Shown piece after piece: positions 22,254 to 32,050 of a stretch of DNA of 64,000 bases; position 1 is the first letter of the stretch, and every line of letters begins with the position of its first letter. The notes below the pieces were generated by a model. The model saw only the letters and a program-made list of their open reading frames with translations, was not told where the DNA came from and did not search any database. The DNA lies in assembly GCA_965218975.1 (NCBI GenBank), contig OZ244717.1, forward strand, positions 96,001 to 160,000, read 5' to 3'. The position numbers and the translations under genes are program-made. This stretch comes from Candidatus Oxydemutatoraceae bacterium. GTDB taxonomy: Bacteria; Pseudomonadota; Gammaproteobacteria; Poriferisulfidales; Oxydemutatoraceae.

Positions 22254-22382
22254 GAACCAGGCTATCCTAACCGAACCGCTTGACTTAAACCAGAATATTT
22301 ATATCTTCAAAGTGCTTTATAAATCCATTATCCCCTCTTAATACTTATTTTCTCGGGAATAAACGTTTATCAAAAAAAGAAA

Positions 22383-23999
22383 TGCATAGTGCCGGATACA
22401 TACCGGACAAATACTTTTCAATAAAAAGGTGTGTATAGTGCCAGATACATATGGGACTCACGGCTTAACTCGAAAAGGTGACCGATATGCAATATCAGCA
22501 CATCGGCCACCGCATCAAAGGTTTCTATATGAGCCAATTTTGCTTCAAAAATAGAGGCTCATGAACACAACGGCTCAACAGAAACACGATGCCCTGTTAT
22601 TTTGGGAGGATTGTAACTCCCGAACACATTCAAGCTCAGTCGTAGCACTTTGTATGCCTGGCGCAAGCGTTATCGCCGCACTGGGCTCAGCGCCTTGCAT
22701 GACCGCGGCAAAGCACCGCGCAAGAGGCGTCGGCGGATCTGGCCGCAACCTGGCAAAGTGCCTGTCATCCATGACGAGACTTGGTTCTGTCAATGAGCGC
22801 CAGCCTCGACGTCCTTGTCGGGTCGCTTGCCGCTGAAAACCGATCGGTTTTCCGGGCGCATCTCACCCTGCTCGTCCGTGATGAGACTTGGTTCTGCGAA
22901 TGAACCCCAGCCCCGACATCCTTGTTGGGTCGTTCGCCGCTGAAAACCGATCGGTTTTCCGGGCGCATCTCACCCTGCCCGAGTGTCCGCACGATTGCGG
23001 CCTGATCGCGGATGCGCCGGATAAAATGCGCTGTATTCTGCAGCATCTGAATGCCAAAGAACAAACAAAACGACTGTTCAAGCACCGTTGCAAGGCACGC
23101 AAGCCGAAACACTTCAAAGCACAGTATCCGGGGCATTGCATCGCCTTGGATACAATCGTGCGTTATCAGCACGGGGTGCGCCGCACCATATTAACGGCCA
23201 TTGATGTCTATACCCGTATGGCAACAGCAGCGGCAACCAACCGCTGTAACAGCCGTAGTACTGCCGCATTCCTGCACCTGGCAGAATTTCGGCAGCAGTA
23301 AAGTCTTTGAGCTGATGAAACCATTTTGTGTTTGCTGCCGAATTGTCGGCGGATTGTGCCTGTCATCCATGACGCGACTGGGTTCTGTCAACAAGCGCCA
23401 GCCCCGACGTCCTTGTCGGGTCGTTCACCGCTGAAAACCAATTGGTTTTCCGGGCGCGTCTCACCCATGACGAGACTTGGTTCTGTCAACAAGCGCCAGC
23501 CTCGACGTCCTTGTCGGGTCGTTCACCGCTGAAAACCAATTGGTTTTCCGGGCGCGTCTCACCCATGACGAGACTTGGTTCTGTCAACAAGCGCCAGCCC
23601 CGACGTCCTTGTCGGGTCGTTCGCCGCTGAAAACCGATCGGTTTTCCGGGCGCGTCTCACCCTGACGGACGGCGGTAGTGAGTTTCAAGGACAGTTTGCC
23701 CGGCTCATCCGGGAATCACCCGCGATTGAGCAGTGGCTGACCTATCCCAAGTGTCCAAAAATGAACGCGCACATTGAGCGCTTCAACCGCACCGTCCAAG
23801 AAGATTGTATCGATCATGCGGAAGATCTGCTATTCGCCGATACGGAAGCATTCAATGACCGGTTATGGGAGTATTTAGCCTGGTATAAGCTGCACCGTCC
23901 TCATGTCGGCAACGGACAGAAAGCACCGATCCGAATGTTATTGCCGAGCGCTTCCCTCGAAGCTCTTCAAAAATCCCATTTTTAGGGTAACATCGTACA
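22383..23999 (+). mobile_element. degenerate IS481-family element, copy C; stacked left ends (22383, 22432) and 5 modules at two sites
   Basis: Retains D (ALDT), D (LTDGG) and E (HIERF) but is frameshifted and interrupted; modules at 22769, 22876, 23367, 23465, 23563; right end CATCGTACA. Confidence 0.9.
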
Positions 24000-24028
24000 C
24001 AAAATCCACTATCAGCGTATTTTCCCGG

Positions 24029-24034
24029 TATAAT
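24029..24034 (+). promoter_or_regulatory. putative -10 hexamer (TATAAT) of cytochrome c5 gene
   Basis: Perfect consensus 40 nt before the probable start and 29 nt after the IS right end. Confidence 0.6.
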
Positions 24035-24074
24035 GGCGCTCTTAATTTTTTTGCTAGTAGTCCAAGGTAGCAAA

Positions 24075-24578
24075 ATGAGCGACAAGCAATTTATAAATAT
24101 ATTCTCTATCATTATTGGAGCATTAATCGGCATCACGGCGTTGATACTTATTGCCGCTACTTCGCTTTCATCCATCCATGCTGAAATGGATCTTGCCATG
24201 AGACATAGTATGGAAGAACACTTATCTCCCATCGGGAAAGTTCATATCGGATCGGTAGTAATGACAGGTCAGGACGTTAAACGATCCGAACCAGCCGATT
24301 CGCTACAAAACGTAACGAATCCATCTGCAGATCAAACAATGGATGGCAGAAGTGTCTATAACACAGTCTGTTCTGCTTGCCATTTAGCCGGCGTTGCCAA
24401 TGCACCGATTTTTGGGAATAAAGCAACATGGGCGCCGCGCATTTCTCAAGGAATTGAAACACTCTACACATCGTCATTAAACGGTAAGGGCGCAATGCCC
24501 GCCAAAGGCGGACGCACCGACTTACCGGATAATCTTATCAAAAGTGCCGTTGATTACATGGTTGAAGCGGTCCGTTAA
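24075..24578 (+). CDS. cytochrome c5 family protein
   Basis: N-terminal membrane anchor, CSACH heme motif, MPAKGG. Confidence 0.92.
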   Translation: MSDKQFINIFSIIIGALIGITALILIAATSLSSIHAEMDLAMRHSMEEHLSPIGKVHIGSVVMTGQDVKRSEPADSLQNVTNPSADQTMDGRSVYNTVCSACHLAGVANAPIFGNKATWAPRISQGIETLYTSSLNGKGAMPAKGGRTDLPDNLIKSAVDYMVEAVR

Positions 24579-24582
24579 TTGG

Positions 24583-26088
24583 CTACACTTTAAATAATTT
24601 ATCCATAGCACGATAAGACAACGCTTCAAGCAAGTGCCGACGGGTAATAAGCTCGCTTGCGGATAAATCGGCAATAGTGCGGGCAACCTTTAGCGTACGG
24701 TGCACTGCACGGGCGGATAAATTCAACCGTTCTACTGCTTGAAAAAATAATGTTTTATCTTGCTTGGACAATCCGCAATGTTTTTCAATTTGCGCATTAT
24801 CAATATACGCATTTTGTCTGTCCTGTCGTTTTATCTGACGCTGGTACGCCGCCAAGACTCGCTGACGTACAACCACACTAGGCTCACACTGCTTGACTTC
24901 CCCCTTCCCCCAACTAATACGCGGCACTCGCACATGCATATCAATACGATCTAGAAAAGGCACGGATAAGCGGCTGTAGTAGCGCTGCAATCTCGCATCG
25001 CTGCAAGGGCATGCGCCGTTCTCATCCACGTCGGAGCCATCCGGGCAAGGATTCATTGCGGCAATCATTTGAAACCGCGCCGGATATTCAATATGTCCCG
25101 CAACTCGCGATAAACGCACCGAATGTGATTCAAGCGGTTCGCGTAGCGTTTCCAAAGCACGGCGTTGGAATTCCGGTAACTCATCAAGAAACAACACACC
25201 GTGATGTGCGCGTGTGACTTCGCCAAGACGCAAATCCGCGCCTCCGCCCACCAACGCCGCTGCGGATGCCGAATGATGCGGTGAACGAAAAGGCCGCTGA
25301 TAAAACTGTTGCGGTTTAACTTGTTTTCCATCCAAAGAACGTAGAATCGTTACCTCCAAGGCATCACTATGATTCAACGGCGGCAAAATACCCGGAAGGC
25401 GGCTGGCAAGCATAGTCTTGCCGGTACCAGGCGCACCCATAAACAAACAATTATGGTTGCCGGCAGCAGCAACTTCCAATGCACGTATTGCATGATATTG
25501 TCCGCGAATATCGGATAAATCAGGATACACCATATCGCTATCCGAAATTTCTGCCGGGGCCAATGCCTTTAACACGCGATGTCCGAGCAAATGCTCGCAT
25601 ACCCTAAGTAAATTATCTGCGGGATAAATTTCCGCATCGTGAACCAATGAAGCTTCGACGCAATTTTTCTGTGGAATGACAATTTTGCGCTTTTGCCGCG
25701 CTGCCGCCACTACCGCAGGTAAAACGCCGCGGACCGGACGCAAAGTACCGGATAAGCCAAGCTCGCCAATAAATTCATAGTCGGCAACCACTTTGGGCGG
25801 AAGCTGTTTGCCAGCAACTAAAATCCCCAATGCAATCGGCAAGTCAAAACGCCCACCTTCCTTAGGCAAGTCTGCCGGAGCAAGATTGACGATAATGCGT
25901 TGACATGGAAATTCAAAACAGCTATTCAATAACACCGCTCTTACACGATGCTGACTTTCACACACTTCTTTTTCAGGAAGACCGACTATGACAAATTTAG
26001 GCAGTCCCGCACCGACATATACTTCAACATTAACCGGAATTGCCTCCAGACCACGCGCAGCGCGACTACGCACCATCGCCAATGTCAT
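24583..26088 (-). CDS. comM: YifB/ComM Mg-chelatase-like AAA+ ATPase
   Basis: VNLAPADLPKEGGRFDLPIA, GAPGTGKT, LFLDELPEF; start set at MTLAMV. Confidence 0.92.
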   Translation of the reverse strand: MTLAMVRSRAARGLEAIPVNVEVYVGAGLPKFVIVGLPEKEVCESQHRVRAVLLNSCFEFPCQRIIVNLAPADLPKEGGRFDLPIALGILVAGKQLPPKVVADYEFIGELGLSGTLRPVRGVLPAVVAAARQKRKIVIPQKNCVEASLVHDAEIYPADNLLRVCEHLLGHRVLKALAPAEISDSDMVYPDLSDIRGQYHAIRALEVAAAGNHNCLFMGAPGTGKTMLASRLPGILPPLNHSDALEVTILRSLDGKQVKPQQFYQRPFRSPHHSASAAALVGGGADLRLGEVTRAHHGVLFLDELPEFQRRALETLREPLESHSVRLSRVAGHIEYPARFQMIAAMNPCPDGSDVDENGACPCSDARLQRYYSRLSVPFLDRIDMHVRVPRISWGKGEVKQCEPSVVVRQRVLAAYQRQIKRQDRQNAYIDNAQIEKHCGLSKQDKTLFFQAVERLNLSARAVHRTLKVARTIADLSASELITRRHLLEALSYRAMDKLFKV

Positions 26089-26172
26089 ACGATATTTCCT
26101 CCGCTGACGGAATGAAAAAATACCAGCATGAATGTATCCCGCTATAGCGAGATACATTTACGACGAACGGTA

Positions 26173-26436
26173 TTATTTGGCAGATGAACGGTCGGTATTC
26201 TGCTTTTCATATTGGCCAAGCGACTGCTCAATTTCGGCGACTTGTTGCCGCAAACGTTCTAGCAAATCAACCTGTATGTCGTATTCCTCGCGACTAACCA
26301 AATCCATACGTTGAAGTAAAGCAGACATGTTAGCTCGCATCACTTTTTTGAGTTCATCACACGCCAAATGGAGTTCAGGAGATAAATTCTCCTGTAACTG
26401 CCGCAGTATCCTCTCGATTTTTGTGTCATAGTCCAC
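26173..26436 (-). CDS. ubiK: ubiquinone biosynthesis accessory factor UbiK family
   Basis: MDLVSREEYDIQ motif; usual position upstream of comM. Confidence 0.8.
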   Translation of the reverse strand: MDYDTKIERILRQLQENLSPELHLACDELKKVMRANMSALLQRMDLVSREEYDIQVDLLERLRQQVAEIEQSLGQYEKQNTDRSSAK

Positions 26437-26441
26437 TGAAT

Positions 26442-27500
26442 TTACCTGCTCACAGTGCGTTCGGCAGAAAAATCTATCATTCGTTGCGTAGACTGAAGTG
26501 CAGATTCGATTGTTGCCATATCCAGAATAATTTCATTATCCTGCCGATCAAGAACTCGTTCCAAATTGTCTAAACTATTCATCGCCATCCACGGACAATG
26601 CGCACAGCTACGACAAGTTGCACCCTCTCCCGCAGTCGGCGCCTCAATAAATATTTTGTCGGGAGCTAGTTGACGCATCTTATAAAAAATTCGGTTATCA
26701 GTTGCCACAATGAAATACTTATTAGGCAGATTGCAGGCGGCTTTAATCAATTGACTGGTTGATCCCACCGCATCGGCAATATCAATAACCATCTCAGGAG
26801 ATTCAGGATGCACCAACACCGCGGCGTCGGGATACTCTTCTTTCAATTCCAGCACGCCATGATACTTAAATTCCTCATGTACCACGCAGTGTCCCTGCCA
26901 AATCAACATATCGGCGTCTGTAACTCGCTGAATATAATTACCAAGATAGCGATCGGGCGCCCACAATATTTTTTCATCTTCATCCATCAAGTGCGAAATC
27001 ACTTCCACTGCGATACTAGAAGTAACTACCCAATCAGCAATTGCTTTTACCTCAGCGCTTGTATTTGCATAAACGACAATCGTGTGAGCGGGATGATTGC
27101 TACAAAAAGCGGCGAATTCACCTGCCGGACAACTCAAGTCTAAGGAGCAAGTGGCTTCAAGCGTCGGCATTAAAACAGTTTTATCCGGACTAAGTATCTT
27201 CGCCGTCTCGCCCATAAAACGTACACCGGCAACTACCAATACATCGGCCGGGCTTGCCTGCCCGAAACGTGCCATTTCAAGTGAATCCGACACAATCCCG
27301 CCGCTCTCCTCGGCAATCCTCTGGATATCTTCGTCCACATAATAATGCGCAACCAAAACCGCATTCAGCGCTTTAAGTTTTTGTTTAATGTGCATTGATT
27401 TCTTTTCAAGCGCCTCCCCTTCATAACGAAACATCGTTCGGCAAACTTCCGAAGTCATCGGCGCTTTTATCTTAATGGGTCTATGCGTTACAAGTTCCAT
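26442..27500 (-). CDS. nadA: quinolinate synthase
   Basis: [25 protein letters not shown]. Confidence 0.97.
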   Translation of the reverse strand: MELVTHRPIKIKAPMTSEVCRTMFRYEGEALEKKSMHIKQKLKALNAVLVAHYYVDEDIQRIAEESGGIVSDSLEMARFGQASPADVLVVAGVRFMGETAKILSPDKTVLMPTLEATCSLDLSCPAGEFAAFCSNHPAHTIVVYANTSAEVKAIADWVVTSSIAVEVISHLMDEDEKILWAPDRYLGNYIQRVTDADMLIWQGHCVVHEEFKYHGVLELKEEYPDAAVLVHPESPEMVIDIADAVGSTSQLIKAACNLPNKYFIVATDNRIFYKMRQLAPDKIFIEAPTAGEGATCRSCAHCPWMAMNSLDNLERVLDRQDNEIILDMATIESALQSTQRMIDFSAERTVSR

Positions 27501-27509
27501 CGGATCATT

Positions 27510-28565
27510 TTAACATTGAATTTGTATCATGCCATGCTGCCACTCGGTTTGAACTTTACCAATCTTCTGCGCCATATTAAATCCTTTGCGATGGAACATT
27601 TCAACCACTGCTTGAGCCGAATGCGCCGCACAACTAACCAACAATCCTCCGTTAGTCTGGGGGTCCAGCAACAAATTCTTTTGCCACGATGCGACTGTTT
27701 CGGAAAAACACAGATGTTCACGATAAGCTGCATAATTACGCTTCGCTGCGCCGGTCGTGAGACCTTGCTCGGCAAAATTCCGCGCCGGCGCAAGTATTGG
27801 CACAGAATTGAAGTCAATCGTCACGCTTACTTGCGATGCTTTGCAGATTTCGGACAAATGACCCAGCAGGCCGAATCCGGTTACATCAGTCATCGCATGC
27901 ACCGTCGGCAGGGCACCAAACTGCTCACCGATACGGTTTAATTTTGTAGTCCAACGAATCAATTCGCAGTATTCATCTTCCTTTAGCTGCCCGCGTCTGA
28001 ACGCACTAGAGAGAATGCCCACACCTAGCGGCTTGCCTAAAATCAAAGCATCACCAACTTCAGCGGTTGCATTACGCTTAATGTGCGACTGAGCGATGAT
28101 TCCGACAACCGCTAATCCGTAAATAGGTTCGGAAGCGTTGATCGAATGCCCTCCGGCAATCGTAATTCCGGCGGAACGGCAAATCTCCGCGCCGCCCATC
28201 AAAATCCGCGTAATAATCTCTCGGGGAATTTTATCTACCGGAAACCCTACGATATTCAAAGCAAAAAGTGGTTTGGCACCCATCGCATAAACATCCGACA
28301 ACGCATTTGCCGCGGCAATTTTGCCAAAATCATGCGCATCATCAACAATCGGCATAAAAAAATCAGTGGTGGCAACTAATGCTTGATTGTCATTTAAGAA
28401 AAAAATTGCGGCATCATCCATTGCATCATTACGCATTAATCGGCCATTGCATTTTCCATCATCCGCATAAGCAAAGTATTCTTTCAGAATTTCGGATAAG
28501 ATACCCGGAGCGAGTTTACAACCGCACCCGCTGCCATGAGCAAATTCTGTTAGCTTAAATGCCAT
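27510..28565 (-). CDS. selD: selenide, water dikinase (Cys type)
   Basis: HGSGCGCKL, TTDFFMPIVDD, DVTGFGLLGH, DPQTNGGLL. Confidence 0.97.
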   Translation of the reverse strand: MAFKLTEFAHGSGCGCKLAPGILSEILKEYFAYADDGKCNGRLMRNDAMDDAAIFFLNDNQALVATTDFFMPIVDDAHDFGKIAAANALSDVYAMGAKPLFALNIVGFPVDKIPREIITRILMGGAEICRSAGITIAGGHSINASEPIYGLAVVGIIAQSHIKRNATAEVGDALILGKPLGVGILSSAFRRGQLKEDEYCELIRWTTKLNRIGEQFGALPTVHAMTDVTGFGLLGHLSEICKASQVSVTIDFNSVPILAPARNFAEQGLTTGAAKRNYAAYREHLCFSETVASWQKNLLLDPQTNGGLLVSCAAHSAQAVVEMFHRKGFNMAQKIGKVQTEWQHGMIQIQC

Positions 28566-28589
28566 GTCCTATTACCGGAAAATAGAGTA

Positions 28590-29627
28590 GTGCTGACATT
28601 ATCACAAATCGACCGGTTTGAAGAGATTATTGATGTTCGATCACCGGTAGAATATGCTGACGATCATATTCCCGGAGCGCATAATTTTCCGGCATTAAGC
28701 GACAAGGAACGTTCCCATATCGGCACACTTTACAAACAGATTTCTGCATTTGAAGCAAAAAAACAAGGCGCCTCGCTTATCGCCGAAAATTTTGCCGGAC
28801 ATCTACGGGAACACCTCAATGCCCGCGATGACAACTGGCGACCATTAGTATATTGCCAACGAGGAGGAGAACGTAGTGCGGCATTTACTCATATTCTAAA
28901 GAAGATCGGCTGGCCGGCAGTTTCTTTACCCGGCGGATATAAGGCATACCGCAGTATGGTCAGAACAACTATTGATGATATCGCCCCCAAACTAAAGTTC
29001 AAAGTACTATGCGGACGTACCGGCGTCGGGAAAAGTAGGCTGTTGAATATTTTGGCGCAAGAAAAAGCGGCGCAAGCACTGAACCTTGAACAGTTAGCAA
29101 ACCATCGTGGCTCAGTACTGGGAAATCTCTTACACGAAGAACAACCGTCACAGAAATACTTCGAGAGTCTATTGTGCAAAACCTTGCGCCGTTTCAATCC
29201 GAAACTACCGACTTATGTGGAAGCAGAGAGCCGTAAGATCGGTAAGATACATATACCCACTACTGTATTAAACGCTATTCGTGCCGCCGAATGTATTTGC
29301 ATTGAAACGGGTCTTAAGGCACGAGTGGAATATTTGTTGAATGAATATCAACATTTCCTAACCGATCGCACATTGCTCAAGTCTTCGCTTGCTTTACTCA
29401 TTCCTTTTTTAGGAGTTGAAAAAATTAACCGCTGGACGCATTGGAAAACTCATCGAGATGCGGAAAACATGGTAATCGGTTTGCTTAATGAGCACTATGA
29501 TCCGATTTATCTAAACTCAATGAAGCGGCATTTTACGCACTATTCCCGTGCTGCCATGGTGCGAATTGAACGCATCACCGACAATGACCTCAGAGCGGCC
29601 GCATTAAAAATTTCGGACGGAAAATAA
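28590..29627 (+). CDS. mnmH: tRNA 2-selenouridine(34) synthase
   Basis: Rhodanese IDVRSPVEY, YCQRGGERS, P-loop GRTGVGKS, HRGSVLG. Confidence 0.95.
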   Translation: MLTLSQIDRFEEIIDVRSPVEYADDHIPGAHNFPALSDKERSHIGTLYKQISAFEAKKQGASLIAENFAGHLREHLNARDDNWRPLVYCQRGGERSAAFTHILKKIGWPAVSLPGGYKAYRSMVRTTIDDIAPKLKFKVLCGRTGVGKSRLLNILAQEKAAQALNLEQLANHRGSVLGNLLHEEQPSQKYFESLLCKTLRRFNPKLPTYVEAESRKIGKIHIPTTVLNAIRAAECICIETGLKARVEYLLNEYQHFLTDRTLLKSSLALLIPFLGVEKINRWTHWKTHRDAENMVIGLLNEHYDPIYLNSMKRHFTHYSRAAMVRIERITDNDLRAAALKISDGK

Positions 29628-29660
29628 ATCTATTTTGATACGAAAAAATCGGATTATTAT

Positions 29661-30194
29661 CTACTCGGATTTTTGTTGTTTGACTATTATCTCAATTCGA
29701 TGATTCTTTAAACGCATTCGCGTCTCGCTTATATCTTTCAGTTCGTGATAAGGCCCAAGCTCCACGCGGTACCAAGCTTCACCCTCTTCTTCAATCTTGC
29801 GAATGATTGATTTATAACCCAAACTCAGTATCCGCTGCTTCAAAGACTGAGCTTCCGCTTGTGTGCGGTAACTTTTTGCTTGCAAAATATATTCCATTTT
29901 CCAGTCCGGCAGCAGCACATTGGAACCGTAGAGCAGAGTATCGTTCACTTCGCGATCGCTAATTCTCGGTTCAGGCTGTGGGGATTCGATTTCAGCAGAA
30001 GTTTGCGCTGTCAATTGTGGTGGCGTCGGCATGGGCGATGCCTCGTCGGATGCAACAATCACATGATAAACATGCACCGATGCGGCAATGGTGAGCCCGA
30101 CAGACAAACCCGATAAAAAACCGCGCACTATGCCGGAAGAACCTTCCGCCGGCGGTATTTTGTTGGGGCTTCTTTTATAGTCTTTACGAATCAC
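29661..30194 (-). CDS. SPOR-domain cell division protein (FtsN-like)
   Basis: Membrane segment, proline-rich linker, YILQ...WYRVELGPY; downstream of argS. Confidence 0.8.
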   Translation of the reverse strand: MIRKDYKRSPNKIPPAEGSSGIVRGFLSGLSVGLTIAASVHVYHVIVASDEASPMPTPPQLTAQTSAEIESPQPEPRISDREVNDTLLYGSNVLLPDWKMEYILQAKSYRTQAEAQSLKQRILSLGYKSIIRKIEEEGEAWYRVELGPYHELKDISETRMRLKNHRIEIIVKQQKSE

Positions 30195-30199
30195 AGCCG

Positions 30200-31978
30200 T
30201 TACATTTTTTTAGGCGCTGATACGCCGATCAGATGTAGACCATTGGCAAATAAAATGCGTAGCGCAAGCAGTAGCACCAGTCGCGCATTACGCAACGCTT
30301 CATCTTCCACCAAAAAGACATGCCGGTTATAGTACGCATGGAATTTTGTTGCAAGCCCGCGTAAAAAATTTAGCAATAACTGAGGATCAATTTTTTCTGT
30401 CGCATTACTTAATGTTTTCTCATAGATCGCCATTTGTCTTACCAAACCAATCTCTTCATCTTCAGCCAAATATTCAAACTTTGCATCCGCGGAGTTGAAG
30501 GTGATTTTTTTCTCTTCAAGTTGTTTAAAAACGCTATGGATTCGCGCATGGGCATATTGCACATAATAAACCGGGTTATCGACATTTTCCGATTTGGCAA
30601 GTTCCAAATCAAATTTCATATGTTGATTCGGCTTGCGCATAATATAAAAAAATCGTGCCGCATCTTTACCTACTTCGGTACAGAGCTCACGCAATGTAAC
30701 AAACTGACCGGCACGTGTTGACATCGGAATTTTTTTAGACCCTCGATATAGAGTAGCGAACTGCACCAGAAAAATGGTCAACTTATCAACATCCAAGTCT
30801 AATGCTCTTAGTGCGGCAATCAAACGTGTCGTATAACTATGATGATCCGCTCCCCAAATATTTATCATCAAATCATAGTCTCTCGCATACTTATCCGCAT
30901 GATAGGCGATGTCGGATGCAAAATAGGTAAATTGCCCGTTTTCACGCCTTATCACACGATCTTTATCGTCGCCAAAATCAGTTGAACGAAACCACAAAGC
31001 GCCATCTTTTCGATACAACACCCCTTTATCTTCAAGCAAATTGACCACTGTTACAACTTGACCCGACCCGACCAAAGTTTTTTCTGAAAACCAGTGCGTA
31101 TGATGCACACCAAATTTTTCCAAATCCCTACGGATATCTCGTAAAATCGCTTGTTGTGCCATCTCCTGAACAATTGCATAATTTGCACCAAGTAAGAAAC
31201 GGCTATTATTAATTAAGACGTCTAGTTGCGCTTGACTATGATCCTGATTCGTACCCTCATCGTCCCGACCCGTTATCGCCACATTGGAAAATACTTCCAT
31301 CAAAGGATGATCAAACTCTCCTCCATATCGGTTCCTAACCGCTGCCGCAATATCGTAAATATAATCGCCCTGATAGCAGTCTTCCGGAAAAAAAATCTCT
31401 CCTTCGGTTTGATTTCCAAGCTCTAAATAACGCAACCAAACCGATAGTGCCAGAATATCCATCTGCCTCCCCACATCATTCACATAGTACTCGCGCTCCA
31501 CCGTGCAGCCGGCAGTAGTAAAAAATGTGGCGATACTTTCACCGTACGCGGCGCCGCGCCCGTGTCCGACATGCAAAGGGCCGGTCGGATTGGCAGACAC
31601 ATATTCAATGAGAATACGTTTTCGGAGAGAACGCATCGAACCATTCGCAAAGTTTTCACCTTGCTCAATAATTTCCCGAATGATTGTCGATGACAAATTA
31701 GTTTTGATATAAAAATTAATAAACCCCGGCCCCGCCACTTCCACTTTTTCCAGTATTTCATCTGTCGGTAAGTAAGCGACAATTTTTTGCGCAAGTCGAT
31801 GAGCGGTTAAATCGGTCTGACCGGCAGCAACTAAAGCGATATTGCTAGTATAGTCGCCGCGAGTTCGTCCTTTTGACGCGGTAACTTGCACTTGGACATT
31901 TTTCAACGAAATGCCTTCTTCGTGTAGTAGTGCGAGGCTTGCGCTTAACCATTGCGTAATTTTGTCTTGCGTAGACAT
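30200..31978 (-). CDS. argS: arginine-tRNA ligase
   Basis: SANPTGPLHVGHGR, WGADHH, YVQYAHAR. Confidence 0.98.
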   Translation of the reverse strand: MSTQDKITQWLSASLALLHEEGISLKNVQVQVTASKGRTRGDYTSNIALVAAGQTDLTAHRLAQKIVAYLPTDEILEKVEVAGPGFINFYIKTNLSSTIIREIIEQGENFANGSMRSLRKRILIEYVSANPTGPLHVGHGRGAAYGESIATFFTTAGCTVEREYYVNDVGRQMDILALSVWLRYLELGNQTEGEIFFPEDCYQGDYIYDIAAAVRNRYGGEFDHPLMEVFSNVAITGRDDEGTNQDHSQAQLDVLINNSRFLLGANYAIVQEMAQQAILRDIRRDLEKFGVHHTHWFSEKTLVGSGQVVTVVNLLEDKGVLYRKDGALWFRSTDFGDDKDRVIRRENGQFTYFASDIAYHADKYARDYDLMINIWGADHHSYTTRLIAALRALDLDVDKLTIFLVQFATLYRGSKKIPMSTRAGQFVTLRELCTEVGKDAARFFYIMRKPNQHMKFDLELAKSENVDNPVYYVQYAHARIHSVFKQLEEKKITFNSADAKFEYLAEDEEIGLVRQMAIYEKTLSNATEKIDPQLLLNFLRGLATKFHAYYNRHVFLVEDEALRNARLVLLLALRILFANGLHLIGVSAPKKM

Positions 31979-32050
31979 AGATTTCTATATTCAGACAGTC
32001 ACAAATTATAATCGGCTTATGCCTACCTGACACATCCTATCTCTCGTTGG

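Noticed and set aside
28515-28535. Selenocysteine in SelD
   Set aside because: The active site reads CGC with Cys codons; there is no in-frame TGA.
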